Positions 1 through 8,629 of a stretch of DNA of 44,535 nt are shown piece after piece. The stretch covers positions 2,105 through 46,639 of the forward strand of contig CAYUVY010000005.1 of NCBI GenBank assembly GCA_964448465.1. The letters run 5' to 3'. The notes beneath the pieces are model-generated. The model saw only the letters and a list, made by a program, of their open reading frames with translations, did no database searches and was not told the DNA's origin. This stretch comes from an uncultured Gammaproteobacteria bacterium. GTDB taxonomy: Bacteria; Patescibacteriota; Microgenomatia; UBA12405. Positions within the stretch are counted from its first letter, which is position 1; each line of letters opens with the position of its first letter. Position numbers and translations under genes: made by a program.

Positions 1-1
1 T

Positions 2-889
2 TTATTTGCAGTAAAGACTTTTGCCCAAAGTACCACTCCGGTCGAATCTCCAACTGTTGCACCAACTCCCACCGAAACATCGGCAACCTTACCCACCAAC
101 ACTCCCACCAACACGCCTACTCCAACCAATACTCCCATCCCAGCGCCAATTACTGGCGTATATCTTAACGAAATTTATCCAGCACCAGATGGCTCCAATT
201 CTGAATGGATAGAATTTTACAATTCAAATAATTTTTCTGTAGGCCTATCTGGCTGGAAGTTAGACGATATTGAAAATGGTGGTGGAGCTGTTAAAGACTT
301 AAATAATTTACCAATTCCTGCCAATAGCTTAGCTGTATTTGAATTTTCCTCTGGCTATTTAAACAACGATACCGATAGTGCCAGACTAATTAACAACCTG
401 GGTCAACAAGTCGATATCTTTTCTTACACCACAACTTCCTCTGGATTATCCTGGTCTAAAAATGGTTCCACTTGGTGTCAAACTAATTCCTCTAAAAATT
501 CTACCAACGCAGGCTGTCCTGTTACTCCAACCCCGTTCCCACCTACCAATACACCAACACCAACAAACACACCGGTTCCAACGGCAACCCTTACTCCCAC
601 CGCTACTCCTACCAAAACCCCCACCCCAACTCTAAGCCAAACTCCCACGCCAACCGTAACCATTTTACCCACAGCAACCGATTCGCTTACCGAAACACCT
701 GCCAATGATCCTACCATTCCAATTACCGACCCAGTTCTCGAAGTTCTAGGTACTCAAACCACGGCAGAAAATAAAACCCAAGAACTCGAAAAAAACTTTG
801 CCAAACCAAGTCTGACCCCCATTGTTTTTCTAGTTGCCGGAGGCCTGCTATTATTAAGTCCGCTACTCATTTCTAAATTCAAAAAATGA
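2..889 (+). CDS. Lamin-tail-domain (LTD) surface protein, 5'-truncated by the window edge, with Pro/Thr-rich linkers and a C-terminal TM anchor
   Basis: Frame 2 is open from base 2 to TGA 887-889. It is missing from the ORF track because there is no in-frame start in the window. The translation has [40 protein letters not shown]...[13 protein letters not shown] (LTD-like), flanked by [15 protein letters not shown] and [30 protein letters not shown] linkers. It ends in the hydrophobic tail [22 protein letters not shown]. Confidence 0.75.
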   Translation, partial: LFAVKTFAQSTTPVESPTVAPTPTETSATLPTNTPTNTPTPTNTPIPAPITGVYLNEIYPAPDGSNSEWIEFYNSNNFSVGLSGWKLDDIENGGGAVKDLNNLPIPANSLAVFEFSSGYLNNDTDSARLINNLGQQVDIFSYTTTSSGLSWSKNGSTWCQTNSSKNSTNAGCPVTPTPFPPTNTPTPTNTPVPTATLTPTATPTKTPTPTLSQTPTPTVTILPTATDSLTETPANDPTIPITDPVLEVLGTQTTAENKTQELEKNFAKPSLTPIVFLVAGGLLLLSPLLISKFKK

Positions 890-1254
890 TCAAATCTCTT
901 TTACACATCTTTCCAGCCATGTTTTGGATGCTACTAATTTATTATTTTTCCGACAATCCTACCACTGGTGTACCACTCTCTGGTACTTCTCGCTTTTTCT
1001 TTTTTAAAACCATCCATTTCTTTTCCTATTTCATTCTTGGTTATTTACTACAATATGGATTAAACAAAAATAAATCTTTAGCCCTATCCTTTGGCATATT
1101 TTATGCTCTTTTAGACGAGTTTCACCAAGGCCAAACTCCTGGGCGAACTCCGCGTCTTACCGATGCCTATTTGGACACTTTTAGCTTATTGGTCGCAATT
1201 CTTAGCTATCAATCCTTTCCAAAATTTTTAAAAAAGTTTATACTAAATTTGTGA
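886..1254 (+). CDS. VanZ-like membrane protein
   Basis: 122 aa with about 4 hydrophobic segments and the motif LLDEFHQGQTPGRTPRLTD, typical of the VanZ family. Its ATG overlaps the upstream stop (ATGA, 886-889). Confidence 0.6.
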   Translation: MIKSLLHIFPAMFWMLLIYYFSDNPTTGVPLSGTSRFFFFKTIHFFSYFILGYLLQYGLNKNKSLALSFGIFYALLDEFHQGQTPGRTPRLTDAYLDTFSLLVAILSYQSFPKFLKKFILNL

Positions 1255-2171
1255 AACACTGGATCCTGCCTACAGAAAAAAATAATCATCACGCCAAGTT
1301 ACTAAAACCCTTTGGTCTCGTCCTTCTGCTTGTTTTGTATATGGCCAACCAGGTGGCCCTCAAAACCCTCTCTAAACTTGAGCCAGGAGTCTTGGGTTAT
1401 GCAAGTGAAATTACCGTCGACAAAGTCTTGGCCCAAACCAATAGGGAGCGCGAAAAAGCAGGACTTTCTGATTTAACTTATAACGGCAAACTTTCCCATT
1501 CGGCCTCAAGTAAGGGTACCAACATGTTTGCCGAAAATTATTGGGCCCACAATAGTCCCTCAGGTCGCTCGCCCTGGAGCTTTTTCAAAGATGCTGGATA
1601 TACCTATCAAGTAGCTGGTGAAAATTTAGCTAAAGATTTTTATGATACAGAAAGTCTCGTGTCCGCCTGGATGAATTCCCCTACACACAGGGCAAATATT
1701 CTTGATTCTCGCTATAAAGAAATAGGTATAGGTGTCGTCAATGGTACTTTAAATGGCTACAAAACTACTTTAGTAATACAGCACTTTGGCACCCCGCTAG
1801 CTGGTAAAATTGCTGACAAACCCAACCAACTGCCAGTTGCTGCTAAAACAGTACCAGCCCAAATAGATGAACCCGCCGTCCAAGCGCCGTTGGCTGAAGT
1901 TCCCAAGGATGTTGTCGTCCAAGTTCGCGGAGAGTCTGTTACGCCCACTATCCAACCAGTTAATCCACACACCATTAGCAAAATTGTCGGGAGCATCATC
2001 TTTATTTTATTGGTGGGAGTCATGTTTATCGATGGTTATGTAGTTTTACATCAACAACACCAGCGTCTAACCGGTTCTCGTCTAGCTCACATTTGTTTTC
2101 TTATCGTTATTTTTATTTTGTTGGTCTTAAGCCAACAAGGAGTCATTGGCCAATATGCAGCTGCTCTTTAA
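1251..2171 (+). CDS. CAP/SCP (PR-1-like) domain protein, membrane anchored
   Basis: GTG start overlaps the VanZ stop (GTGA, 1251-1254). It has an N-terminal TM segment and CAP-domain landmarks NREREKAGL, YWAHNSP, AGENLAK, WMNSPTHRANIL and EIGIGVV. A Pro/Ala-rich linker and two C-terminal TM segments follow. Confidence 0.7.
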   Translation: MKHWILPTEKNNHHAKLLKPFGLVLLLVLYMANQVALKTLSKLEPGVLGYASEITVDKVLAQTNREREKAGLSDLTYNGKLSHSASSKGTNMFAENYWAHNSPSGRSPWSFFKDAGYTYQVAGENLAKDFYDTESLVSAWMNSPTHRANILDSRYKEIGIGVVNGTLNGYKTTLVIQHFGTPLAGKIADKPNQLPVAAKTVPAQIDEPAVQAPLAEVPKDVVVQVRGESVTPTIQPVNPHTISKIVGSIIFILLVGVMFIDGYVVLHQQHQRLTGSRLAHICFLIVIFILLVLSQQGVIGQYAAAL

Positions 2172-2421
2172 ACGCCTCCATAGTTATCGATTGGAATATT
2201 CTCTAATTGGACTTATCTGTTTGGTATTTTTGATTGTTTTACTATTTGTACACAACCAAACTAACTTATTTATTACTGGCGTTTTAGCCTTGTGCGTTAG
2301 CTATTTAGCTTGGGGAATTTTTCACCATTCCCGCAAACAAGATTTACACCCAAGTATTATCTTGGAATATATTGTTTTTATTCTTTTTGCCCTCTCCATC
2401 CTATTTCTTTCCTCGTTTTAG
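2155..2421 (+). CDS. Small integral membrane protein (hypothetical)
   Basis: The ORF track gives 2146 (TTG). The ATG at 2155 is more likely. Three hydrophobic helices. The 3' end overlaps the trmD 3' end by 21 nt (convergent). Confidence 0.35.
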   Translation: MQLLFKRLHSYRLEYSLIGLICLVFLIVLLFVHNQTNLFITGVLALCVSYLAWGIFHHSRKQDLHPSIILEYIVFILFALSILFLSSF

Positions 2422-3084
2422 CCAATTTTTCTTCCATTCTTCAATTTTTTTATGATCCCCGGAAATTAATTCTTCTGGAACTTTCCAACCTTTATATTCT
2501 CGTGGTCTAGTGTACTGCGGGTATTCTATTTGTCTTTTACCCTCAATTTTGGAAAAACTTTCCTCTCCCGAGGATTCGTCCTTGCCCAGTACCCCTTTTT
2601 GTAAGCGAATTACACTATCCATAATTACCATCGCCGGTATTTCTCCTCCGGTTAAAACATAGTCGCCAATAGATATGCATTCATCAGCTAGGTTGTCTTC
2701 AATCCTTGCATCTAGGCCCTCGTAGTGGCCACAAATTAAGGTAATTTGTTCGTAATTAGCCAATCGTTCAGCGTCTGCCTGGGTGTATCGCTTACCACGT
2801 GCACTTAAGGCAATAACTCTAGACTTATTTTTAGCTATTTTTTTAGCTACTACCTCTTGCCTAATATATTCTAGTGCTCGGCTAATCACATCCACTTTCA
2901 TCACCATGCCCACCCCACCGCCAAAGGGCTTATCGTCCACCGTCCCATATTCATCCTCGGCCCACTGTCTCAGTTGGCGATATTTAATTTTTACCAATCC
3001 TTTGACCAAGGCTCGACTAACCATGCTCGAAGCAAAAGGGGATTCAAACATCTGGGGAAACAACGTAATCACATCAAATCTCAT
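2401..3084 (-). CDS. trmD: tRNA (guanine37-N1)-methyltransferase
   Basis: MRFDVITLFPQMFESPF..., DDKPFGGGVGMVMKVD, LICGHYEGLDARI and IGDYVLTGGEIPAMVIMDSVIRL are classic TrmD motifs in the correct order. 227 aa. Confidence 0.93.
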   Translation of the reverse strand: MRFDVITLFPQMFESPFASSMVSRALVKGLVKIKYRQLRQWAEDEYGTVDDKPFGGGVGMVMKVDVISRALEYIRQEVVAKKIAKNKSRVIALSARGKRYTQADAERLANYEQITLICGHYEGLDARIEDNLADECISIGDYVLTGGEIPAMVIMDSVIRLQKGVLGKDESSGEESFSKIEGKRQIEYPQYTRPREYKGWKVPEELISGDHKKIEEWKKNWLKRGKK

Positions 3085-3089
3085 CCCAA

Positions 3090-3095
3090 ATTATA
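3090..3095 (-). promoter_or_regulatory. -10 hexamer TATAAT, 5 nt upstream of the trmD ATG (leaderless-type arrangement)
   Basis: The minus strand reads TGCTATAATttgggATG. No Shine-Dalgarno sequence fits in the 5-nt gap. Confidence 0.4.
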
Positions 3096-3193
3096 GCATT
3101 TTGCTCAATTTTGTGGCTAATTTCAATAACTATTGAAAATTGAAAATTAGATTTTAAAAATTTTCTAGTTTAGCGTGATATCATAAACTATTC

Positions 3194-4429
3194 ATGACCG
3201 AAAAAAAGAAAATTGCGGTAGTGGTCATCCCTACCTACAACGAAGCCGACAATATTGGCAAAATGCTAGATTATCTAGCAACAAACACCTTTCCCAAGAT
3301 TAAAAATTGGCAAATGCACGCTCTTGTTGTGGATGGAAATTCTCCTGATGGTACGGCCAAAGTTGCTCAAAAATATGTGGACAAATATCCATCTGTCCAT
3401 CTTTTGGTCGAGACCAGCAAAGATGGCATTGGTGCAGCTTATTTAAAGGGTTTTCGACTTGCCAAAGAACAATTCAAAGCAGATGTGGTTTGTGAATTTG
3501 ATAGTGATTTTCAACATCCTCCAGAAGCCATCGAGCCACTATTGCAAAAAATAGAGCAAGGTTACGACTATGTCTGTGGTTCACGCAAAATCGCCGGTGG
3601 CTCTAACCCCAAGGGTTGGGGGTTTAAAAGACTATTTTTTAGTGAAGCTGGTGGTTTTACTGCACGGTTTATGATGTTTTTCCCTACCAAAAACTTTTTT
3701 AAAGTCACCGATCCTACTACTGGTCTAAAAGCCACCCGGGTCAACCCCTATATTGATGAAAAACTACTAGATTTTAAGCATCTTTATTCCCGAAGTTTCG
3801 GCTATAAATTACAACTACTTTTTGAAACAATTAAATCAGGTGCCAAATACACCGAAATTCCTTTACAATTTGGACTTCGCACCCAAGGAGAATCCAAGAT
3901 AGAACCCCAAACCGCCAAAGAAATTTTCAAGGTCGCCCTACGCCTCCGCTTAAACGACCCTGGGACCAAAAGCTTCCTTAAGTTTGGCACTGTAGGCACA
4001 ATTGGTTTTTTGGTTAATTCCCTTGCACTTGAGTTCTTTCGAAGTTTGCCTCTCTCTCAAACCTTAGCCGACTACATGCAACAACATCCGCAAATTCCTC
4101 TATATAATTTGTTTAATAATCCCAATTCTTGGGCCGGTGCCTTGGCTGCCGAAGTCTCTATAGTATCTAATTACTTGTTAAATAACTTTTGGACTTTCCG
4201 ACACCAAAAGCACAATAGTATTTTTAAATTTATCGGCAAGTTTTTTCAATTTAATTTAACCTCTATTGGCGCTATTGCTATTCAGTTTTTAGTAATTGGT
4301 TCTGCTACTCATCTACTCGGTGACACTATTCGCATACGCCAATTTGCCTTAATCTTTTCCATAGTCTTTCTCATACTTCCCTACAACTGGTTCATGTACA
4401 ACACTTTTATCTGGAAAAAAAAGAAATAG
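3194..4429 (+). CDS. GT2 polyprenol-phosphate glycosyltransferase (Dpm1-like) fused to a GtrA-like C-terminal membrane domain
   Basis: N-terminal part: VVIPTYNEADNI, VVDGNSPDGT and EFDSDFQHPP (GT-A DxD region). C-terminal part: FLKFGTVGTIGFLVNSL...VSNYLLNNFWTFRH (GtrA-like, 4 TM). An extended -10, TGaTATCAT (3176-3184), lies upstream. Confidence 0.8.
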   Translation: MTEKKKIAVVVIPTYNEADNIGKMLDYLATNTFPKIKNWQMHALVVDGNSPDGTAKVAQKYVDKYPSVHLLVETSKDGIGAAYLKGFRLAKEQFKADVVCEFDSDFQHPPEAIEPLLQKIEQGYDYVCGSRKIAGGSNPKGWGFKRLFFSEAGGFTARFMMFFPTKNFFKVTDPTTGLKATRVNPYIDEKLLDFKHLYSRSFGYKLQLLFETIKSGAKYTEIPLQFGLRTQGESKIEPQTAKEIFKVALRLRLNDPGTKSFLKFGTVGTIGFLVNSLALEFFRSLPLSQTLADYMQQHPQIPLYNLFNNPNSWAGALAAEVSIVSNYLLNNFWTFRHQKHNSIFKFIGKFFQFNLTSIGAIAIQFLVIGSATHLLGDTIRIRQFALIFSIVFLILPYNWFMYNTFIWKKKK

Positions 4430-4436
4430 TCTTCAA

Positions 4437-4814
4437 CTAAAATTTCAGCGCAATTGTCTTAGTTGTACTTACGCCCTTGGCATCTTTAAATCTCACTGTC
4501 ACAGTTCCCTTGGTTATATTTCGATGTGCGGTGCAAGCTTTTTTGGAACAAGTTCCCATAAAGAAGGTTCTAGTTGCCGAGGTAGTTTTTGGTTTGCGAA
4601 TTACCCCAGAAATTCCTTCTTCTTTCCCTCTACTTACATACACCACATCATAAGATACCGATTGCAATCCTCGCAGGCCTGACAATCTCAAAATGACATT
4701 CCTTTTGTTGGCCGTGACCACTGCACTAGCCCCAGGTGCCGCCCAAACTGGTTTGTTTAGTCCCAAACTAAGTAATAAGAAACTTAACACTAAAACCAGT
4801 TTGTTTATTTTCAT
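4437..4814 (-). CDS. Small secreted protein (hypothetical)
   Basis: Signal peptide MKINKLVLVLSFLLLSLGLNKPVWA/AP, then a beta-rich-looking body with a CSKKAC pair. It starts 18 nt downstream of the dsbA-like stop. Confidence 0.5.
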   Translation of the reverse strand: MKINKLVLVLSFLLLSLGLNKPVWAAPGASAVVTANKRNVILRLSGLRGLQSVSYDVVYVSRGKEEGISGVIRKPKTTSATRTFFMGTCSKKACTAHRNITKGTVTVRFKDAKGVSTTKTIALKF

Positions 4815-4832
4815 TTATTTTTCAATAAATAA

Positions 4833-5615
4833 CTATTTAAGAGCGTTTTCAATGTAAGTTTTAACTTGATCATAAGGTAAGGCACCAGGAATTAATTCTT
4901 TTCGTCCACTCTTGGAAATGACAACTGTTCCTGGAGTACCGTTTATTCCAGCAGCCGAACCTCCATTTTGTTGGGCAGTAATTGTGGCAGCCATTTCTCC
5001 ACTATCCACACAAGTCTTCATTTGTGCAGTATTTACTCCAAAAGTTCCAGCAACCTTAATAAGATTATCCACCGCTAAATATGTGTCATTACCATTTGAT
5101 GCTTTGGCGTAAACCTCATTTGAATATTTCCAAAACTTATCATTGCCTCCAAGCTTAGCTACGCATTCTGAGACCTCAGCTGCCTTTTGAGCATATGGGT
5201 GAAAGGGGAGCGGATATTGTCGCAAAACCCAAGCTACTTTAGGGCCATATTCTTTAACCACTTGTTCCATAGTTGGGTGAAATCTTTGACAAAAAGGACA
5301 TTGATAATCCGAATATTCCACCATTACTACTGGAGCGTCCAAACTACCTAGCACGTGATCGCTGTTGGTTACAGCCGGCATTTTACCCAAATCTGGGGTT
5401 GGCTCTGGTGCTTGTTGTGGTTGAGTACCCACAGCTGCTGTTGGTGCTCCCGTATTCGCCTTCTCTAAATTTTGCACTTTAAAAAATAAATATCCGCAAA
5501 AAAACGACAAGGCAATTAATGGTAAGGTCAACAAATTTACATTATTGCCACCTCCATACATTGGGGCTTGGTAAGAATTTTCAACAGGAGCTCTAGATAC
5601 TTTTTTAGAAGGCAT
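4833..5615 (-). CDS. DsbA-family thiol:disulfide oxidoreductase, membrane anchored
   Basis: N-terminal TM segment, a Pro/Ala/Gln linker, then a thioredoxin fold with YSDYQCPFCQRFHP (CxxC) and a DsbA-like helical insertion. Confidence 0.8.
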   Translation of the reverse strand: MPSKKVSRAPVENSYQAPMYGGGNNVNLLTLPLIALSFFCGYLFFKVQNLEKANTGAPTAAVGTQPQQAPEPTPDLGKMPAVTNSDHVLGSLDAPVVMVEYSDYQCPFCQRFHPTMEQVVKEYGPKVAWVLRQYPLPFHPYAQKAAEVSECVAKLGGNDKFWKYSNEVYAKASNGNDTYLAVDNLIKVAGTFGVNTAQMKTCVDSGEMAATITAQQNGGSAAGINGTPGTVVISKSGRKELIPGALPYDQVKTYIENALK

Positions 5616-5731
5616 TATATTTTAAGGTTAAATTACTAATAATTTGACTAATTAAAACTTTACCAGGCTTACAGTTCACTTACAACAACCAATATTTGAC
5701 AAGATAAAAAATACTTGCCAAACTAATATCT

Positions 5732-6205
5732 ATGTCTAAACAAAAAATTTCGCTAAGCATCGCAATTGTTCTCTTTTCAACCTTATTTTTTTCCTCAACT
5801 ATTCTAGCTATTGAAGATGGTACTACTTTGCCAAATAGCTATGTTGGTACCACCAAAACTATTGAAGATAACCATGATTATTTGCAAATTTATCGCCAGA
5901 TGAAGCAAAAACTTTTTGAAAAAGATTTAAAACAAAAAACAGAAGTAGTTGGCCAACAACGCAAATCCTGCACACAAAACATTCTTACTTATCAACAGTC
6001 TCGCCAGAGGCAACAAGTCGAACTTCGCAAGTCTTGCTATCCAGCAGAATCGGCTACTTCTTCAGCTCTTCGCAAACCCTTGCTCGATGCCTGCAAACAA
6101 AAAATGCAAGCCTTTGAGCTTGAAACTAAGGCCAAAATAACTCAGATGCGCTTATCATGCAAGCAAATAGAAAAGAAAGTTCTAGGCATTACTGACTCGA
6201 TGTAG
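5732..6205 (+). CDS. Secreted helical protein with four Cys (hypothetical)
   Basis: Signal peptide MSKQKISLSIAIVLFSTLFFSSTILA. A Q/K/R-rich body with 4 cysteines. Divergent from the dsbA-like gene. Confidence 0.5.
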   Translation: MSKQKISLSIAIVLFSTLFFSSTILAIEDGTTLPNSYVGTTKTIEDNHDYLQIYRQMKQKLFEKDLKQKTEVVGQQRKSCTQNILTYQQSRQRQQVELRKSCYPAESATSSALRKPLLDACKQKMQAFELETKAKITQMRLSCKQIEKKVLGITDSM

Positions 6206-6484
6206 TCTAGGTAATACGACAGCCAAAAGGCTAACTAAAATTACTCCGAAGCTAATCAAATATATATTGCCATAATAATCGACCAATCTATAATAAAATC
6301 CCATACATCGGTCAAAAGTTGGGGTAGTTCCATAGTTAGCGTTACAGTTTTCCAAAAAAATATTTTTTGACCAAGGCGAAGTTTGGTAATAACCGTATAT
6401 AATTAGAAATATGCCTGATGCAATCAAGACCAAAAAATTAGTATTGTGTTTAAGTAAAAACTTGTGCATAACTAATTTTAGCAT
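6182..6484 (-). CDS. Small membrane protein (hypothetical, uncertain)
   Basis: Two hydrophobic helices. It fills an otherwise empty 200-nt gap, but its 5' end overlaps the PAP2 gene 5' end by 74 nt and it has no convincing promoter or SD. Confidence 0.35.
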   Translation of the reverse strand: MLKLVMHKFLLKHNTNFLVLIASGIFLIIYGYYQTSPWSKNIFLENCNANYGTTPTFDRCMGFYYRLVDYYGNIYLISFGVILVSLLAVVLPRLHRVSNA

Positions 6485-7082
6485 CCTCAGCCCACTTGTA
6501 TTATTTTTACTCCTAACCTATTTAGTGGTTACCCAACACCCAGATCACTACATTTTCGAGTTATCTTTTAGTCAATACCTCCAATCTTTTCAAACGCCAG
6601 CACTTACTGGTTTCATGCAGTTTGTTAGTTTTTTTGGCCAAATACCCATAGTTGTCCTTGTTGTTATACTTTTTTTCCCGATTTTTCACTTTCTTGGCCA
6701 AAAACGTGAAGCTATTTACATTTTAACCGTTGGCGGGGGAAATATTCTAGCTCTCTTAATTAAAAATATAATCTTGCGCCCCAGGCCATTTTCCCCGGAC
6801 GTTAAAATATTAGAACAAGCGGGAGGCTATAGCTTTCCCAGCAACCATGTGGTGCACTATGTCTTATTTTTTGGGCTCTTATCCTACTTGCTCAATCAAA
6901 AAAAACATTTTTCCCCAACAATTAGATTAATTGGTCACATAATTCTATACTCCCTAATCATACTAGTTTCCTTTTCCCGAGTCTATTTGGGTGCCCATTG
7001 GCTTTTAGATGTTACCAGTGGCTATCTTTTGGGTTTATTTTTACTACAACTAATTCTCTTGTTACCAAATTTGTTAAAATAG
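6411..7082 (+). CDS. PAP2-family phosphatase (undecaprenyl-diphosphatase/phosphatidate phosphatase-like)
   Basis: The three PAP2 motifs are present: KNIILRPRP, SFPSNH and SRVYLGAHWLLDV. Multi-TM. TATAAT at 6398-6403 lies 7 nt before the ATG. Confidence 0.75.
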   Translation: MPDAIKTKKLVLCLSKNLCITNFSILSPLVLFLLLTYLVVTQHPDHYIFELSFSQYLQSFQTPALTGFMQFVSFFGQIPIVVLVVILFFPIFHFLGQKREAIYILTVGGGNILALLIKNIILRPRPFSPDVKILEQAGGYSFPSNHVVHYVLFFGLLSYLLNQKKHFSPTIRLIGHIILYSLIILVSFSRVYLGAHWLLDVTSGYLLGLFLLQLILLLPNLLK

Positions 7083-7085
7083 CAT

Positions 7086-8162
7086 ATGAATAACGCCTTG
7101 CTAAAACGGTTTATGGACATAGTTCAAATAGACAGTCCGTCAGGTGAAGAGCAAGCCATGGGAAGATATTTATCCAACTGGTTAACAGAAATGGGCTATA
7201 CCTATACCACTGACAAACTTGGATCTATCCTTACCACTAATTTTGAAAACCCAAAATTACTACTTTGTGCACACACAGACACAGTTGAGCCCGGAAGGGG
7301 AATAAAACCAATTTTGGAGAACAATTACATAAAAAGTGAGGGTAAAACAATTTTAGGTGCAGATAACAAGGCTTCGGTTTCCGCTATTATGACCGCCATC
7401 GAAGAATATAAAGAAAAGTATAAAACTTTGCCCAATCTTGAAATTTTATTCACCGTGAAGGAAGAAACAGGTGGTGGTGCAGAATTTTTCCCATTTAATC
7501 TTATAAAGTCTAAAAGAGGATTAATTTTTGACTACTGTCGACCACATGGAAAAATTATTATTTCTTCTCCTTTTATCTATAATTTTAAAATTAACTTTAA
7601 GGGCAAAGCCGCGCACTCCTCTCGGCCAGAAGATGGCAAGAACTCCTTATTGGCGGCAGTAAAATTTATCAGCGAAATCCCTATGGGTAAATTGGATAAT
7701 GGCGACACCACCATTAATGTCGGCCAAGTTAACTCTGGGACTGGCATCAATGTGATTCCCGAGAACACCACTGTTTGGGGCGAAGTCAGAAGTATCGATG
7801 AAAAATTATTTAAAAAATATTTAGCACAAATTGAAAACAAAGCCAAAGAAATAGCAAAAAATAGTGATATTACGCTTGAATACAAGTTGGATGGATATTG
7901 TCCTGGTTACAACTATTCCCCAGAAGATAAATATATCAAGGAAATAGTCTCAGTCTATAAAGCACTCGGAATCGAAGCTACTTACGACCGCAGCACAGGT
8001 ATCAGCGACGCCAACCCCCTCGTTGGTGCAGGAATAGAAACAGTTAATTTGTCTGATAGTGGTGAAAACCCCCACTCCACCGATGAATGTATTTCTATTG
8101 ATAACCTAAACAAACTTCAAGAAATAGTCCTGAAAATGATCGAAACTTTTGCTCAGAATTAA
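7086..8162 (+). CDS. M20-family metallopeptidase (peptidase T/tripeptidase-like)
   Basis: LLLCAHTDTVEP, GADNKASVSAIM, VKEETGGGA and a C-terminal ENPHSTDE. This is the order of the M20 metal ligands. Confidence 0.7.
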   Translation: MNNALLKRFMDIVQIDSPSGEEQAMGRYLSNWLTEMGYTYTTDKLGSILTTNFENPKLLLCAHTDTVEPGRGIKPILENNYIKSEGKTILGADNKASVSAIMTAIEEYKEKYKTLPNLEILFTVKEETGGGAEFFPFNLIKSKRGLIFDYCRPHGKIIISSPFIYNFKINFKGKAAHSSRPEDGKNSLLAAVKFISEIPMGKLDNGDTTINVGQVNSGTGINVIPENTTVWGEVRSIDEKLFKKYLAQIENKAKEIAKNSDITLEYKLDGYCPGYNYSPEDKYIKEIVSVYKALGIEATYDRSTGISDANPLVGAGIETVNLSDSGENPHSTDECISIDNLNKLQEIVLKMIETFAQN

Positions 8163-8180
8163 TACTTAATCTTGTGCTGA

Positions 8181-8516
8181 CTAGGGTCTAAACAGTATAC
8201 CATTGTCGTCAATTTCAATGATCTGATCATCGCCAATACTATCAGTGTATCTACGATAAGTAAGTCCATTGACATCTACAAATCTCCTGTGTGCACCTGG
8301 GAACTCCTCGCGAACGATCTTGTCACCTGCTTTTAATGCTTCTGTAGCTAGGCCTTTACCTCTAAACTTACCATTAATGTCAACTCTGGCTCCTAATACT
8401 CCTGGTTCGTCACCTTGTTCAAAAAAAATAGCTTCCCCAGCCCTTTTCCCATCAACTTTAACTTCTACGGAAAACTGCTTATCTTTAATTTTACGTTTAA
8501 AAAGATCTATCGCCAT
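8181..8516 (-). CDS. Short GNAT-like protein (hypothetical)
   Basis: 111 aa. ARVDINGKFRGKGLATEAL resembles GNAT motif A (R/Q-x-x-G-x-G/A). It is too short for a full GNAT fold. Confidence 0.35.
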   Translation of the reverse strand: MAIDLFKRKIKDKQFSVEVKVDGKRAGEAIFFEQGDEPGVLGARVDINGKFRGKGLATEALKAGDKIVREEFPGAHRRFVDVNGLTYRRYTDSIGDDQIIEIDDNGILFRP

Positions 8517-8546
8517 ATCTTATAGTATAGCACATTTGTAATGGTG

Positions 8547-8617
8547 TTACCCTGCATGGATTCGAACCACGATTTACTGGTTCAGAGCCAGTAGTCCTAC
8601 CATTAGACGACAGGGTA
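8547..8617 (-). tRNA. tRNA-Gln (anticodon CUG)
   Basis: The reverse complement folds by hand into a cloverleaf: TACCCTG TC GTCT AATGGTA GGAC T ACTGG CTCTGAA CCAGT AAAT CGTGG TTCGAAT CCATG CAGGGTA A. 71 nt, U33 present, T-loop TTCGAAT. CCA is not encoded. Confidence 0.85.
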
Positions 8618-8629
8618 ATATGGTGTATT

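Noticed and set aside
21-717. ORFs 21-212 (+, Pro-rich) and 478-717 (-, VGVGV-rich).
   Set aside because: They are alternative-frame and antisense readings of the Pro/Thr linker repeats of the LTD protein, which occupies frame 2 from base 2 to 889. The low-complexity repeat keeps several frames open.
780-889. A sortase (LPxTG) or other sorting signal at the C-terminus of the LTD protein.
   Set aside because: The hydrophobic segment plus basic tail is present, but no LPxTG-like motif precedes it (the sequence there is NFAKPSLTP). I therefore call it only a C-terminal TM anchor.
3132-3148. Tandem ATTGAAA ATTGAAA ATT in the trmD/GT2 divergent promoter region, and a 7-bp hairpin TCACTTT-N5-AAAGTGA at about 29298-29316.
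   Set aside because: These are short, AT-rich, and at distances that fit no -35 element or known operator. They are indistinguishable from chance in about 35% GC DNA.
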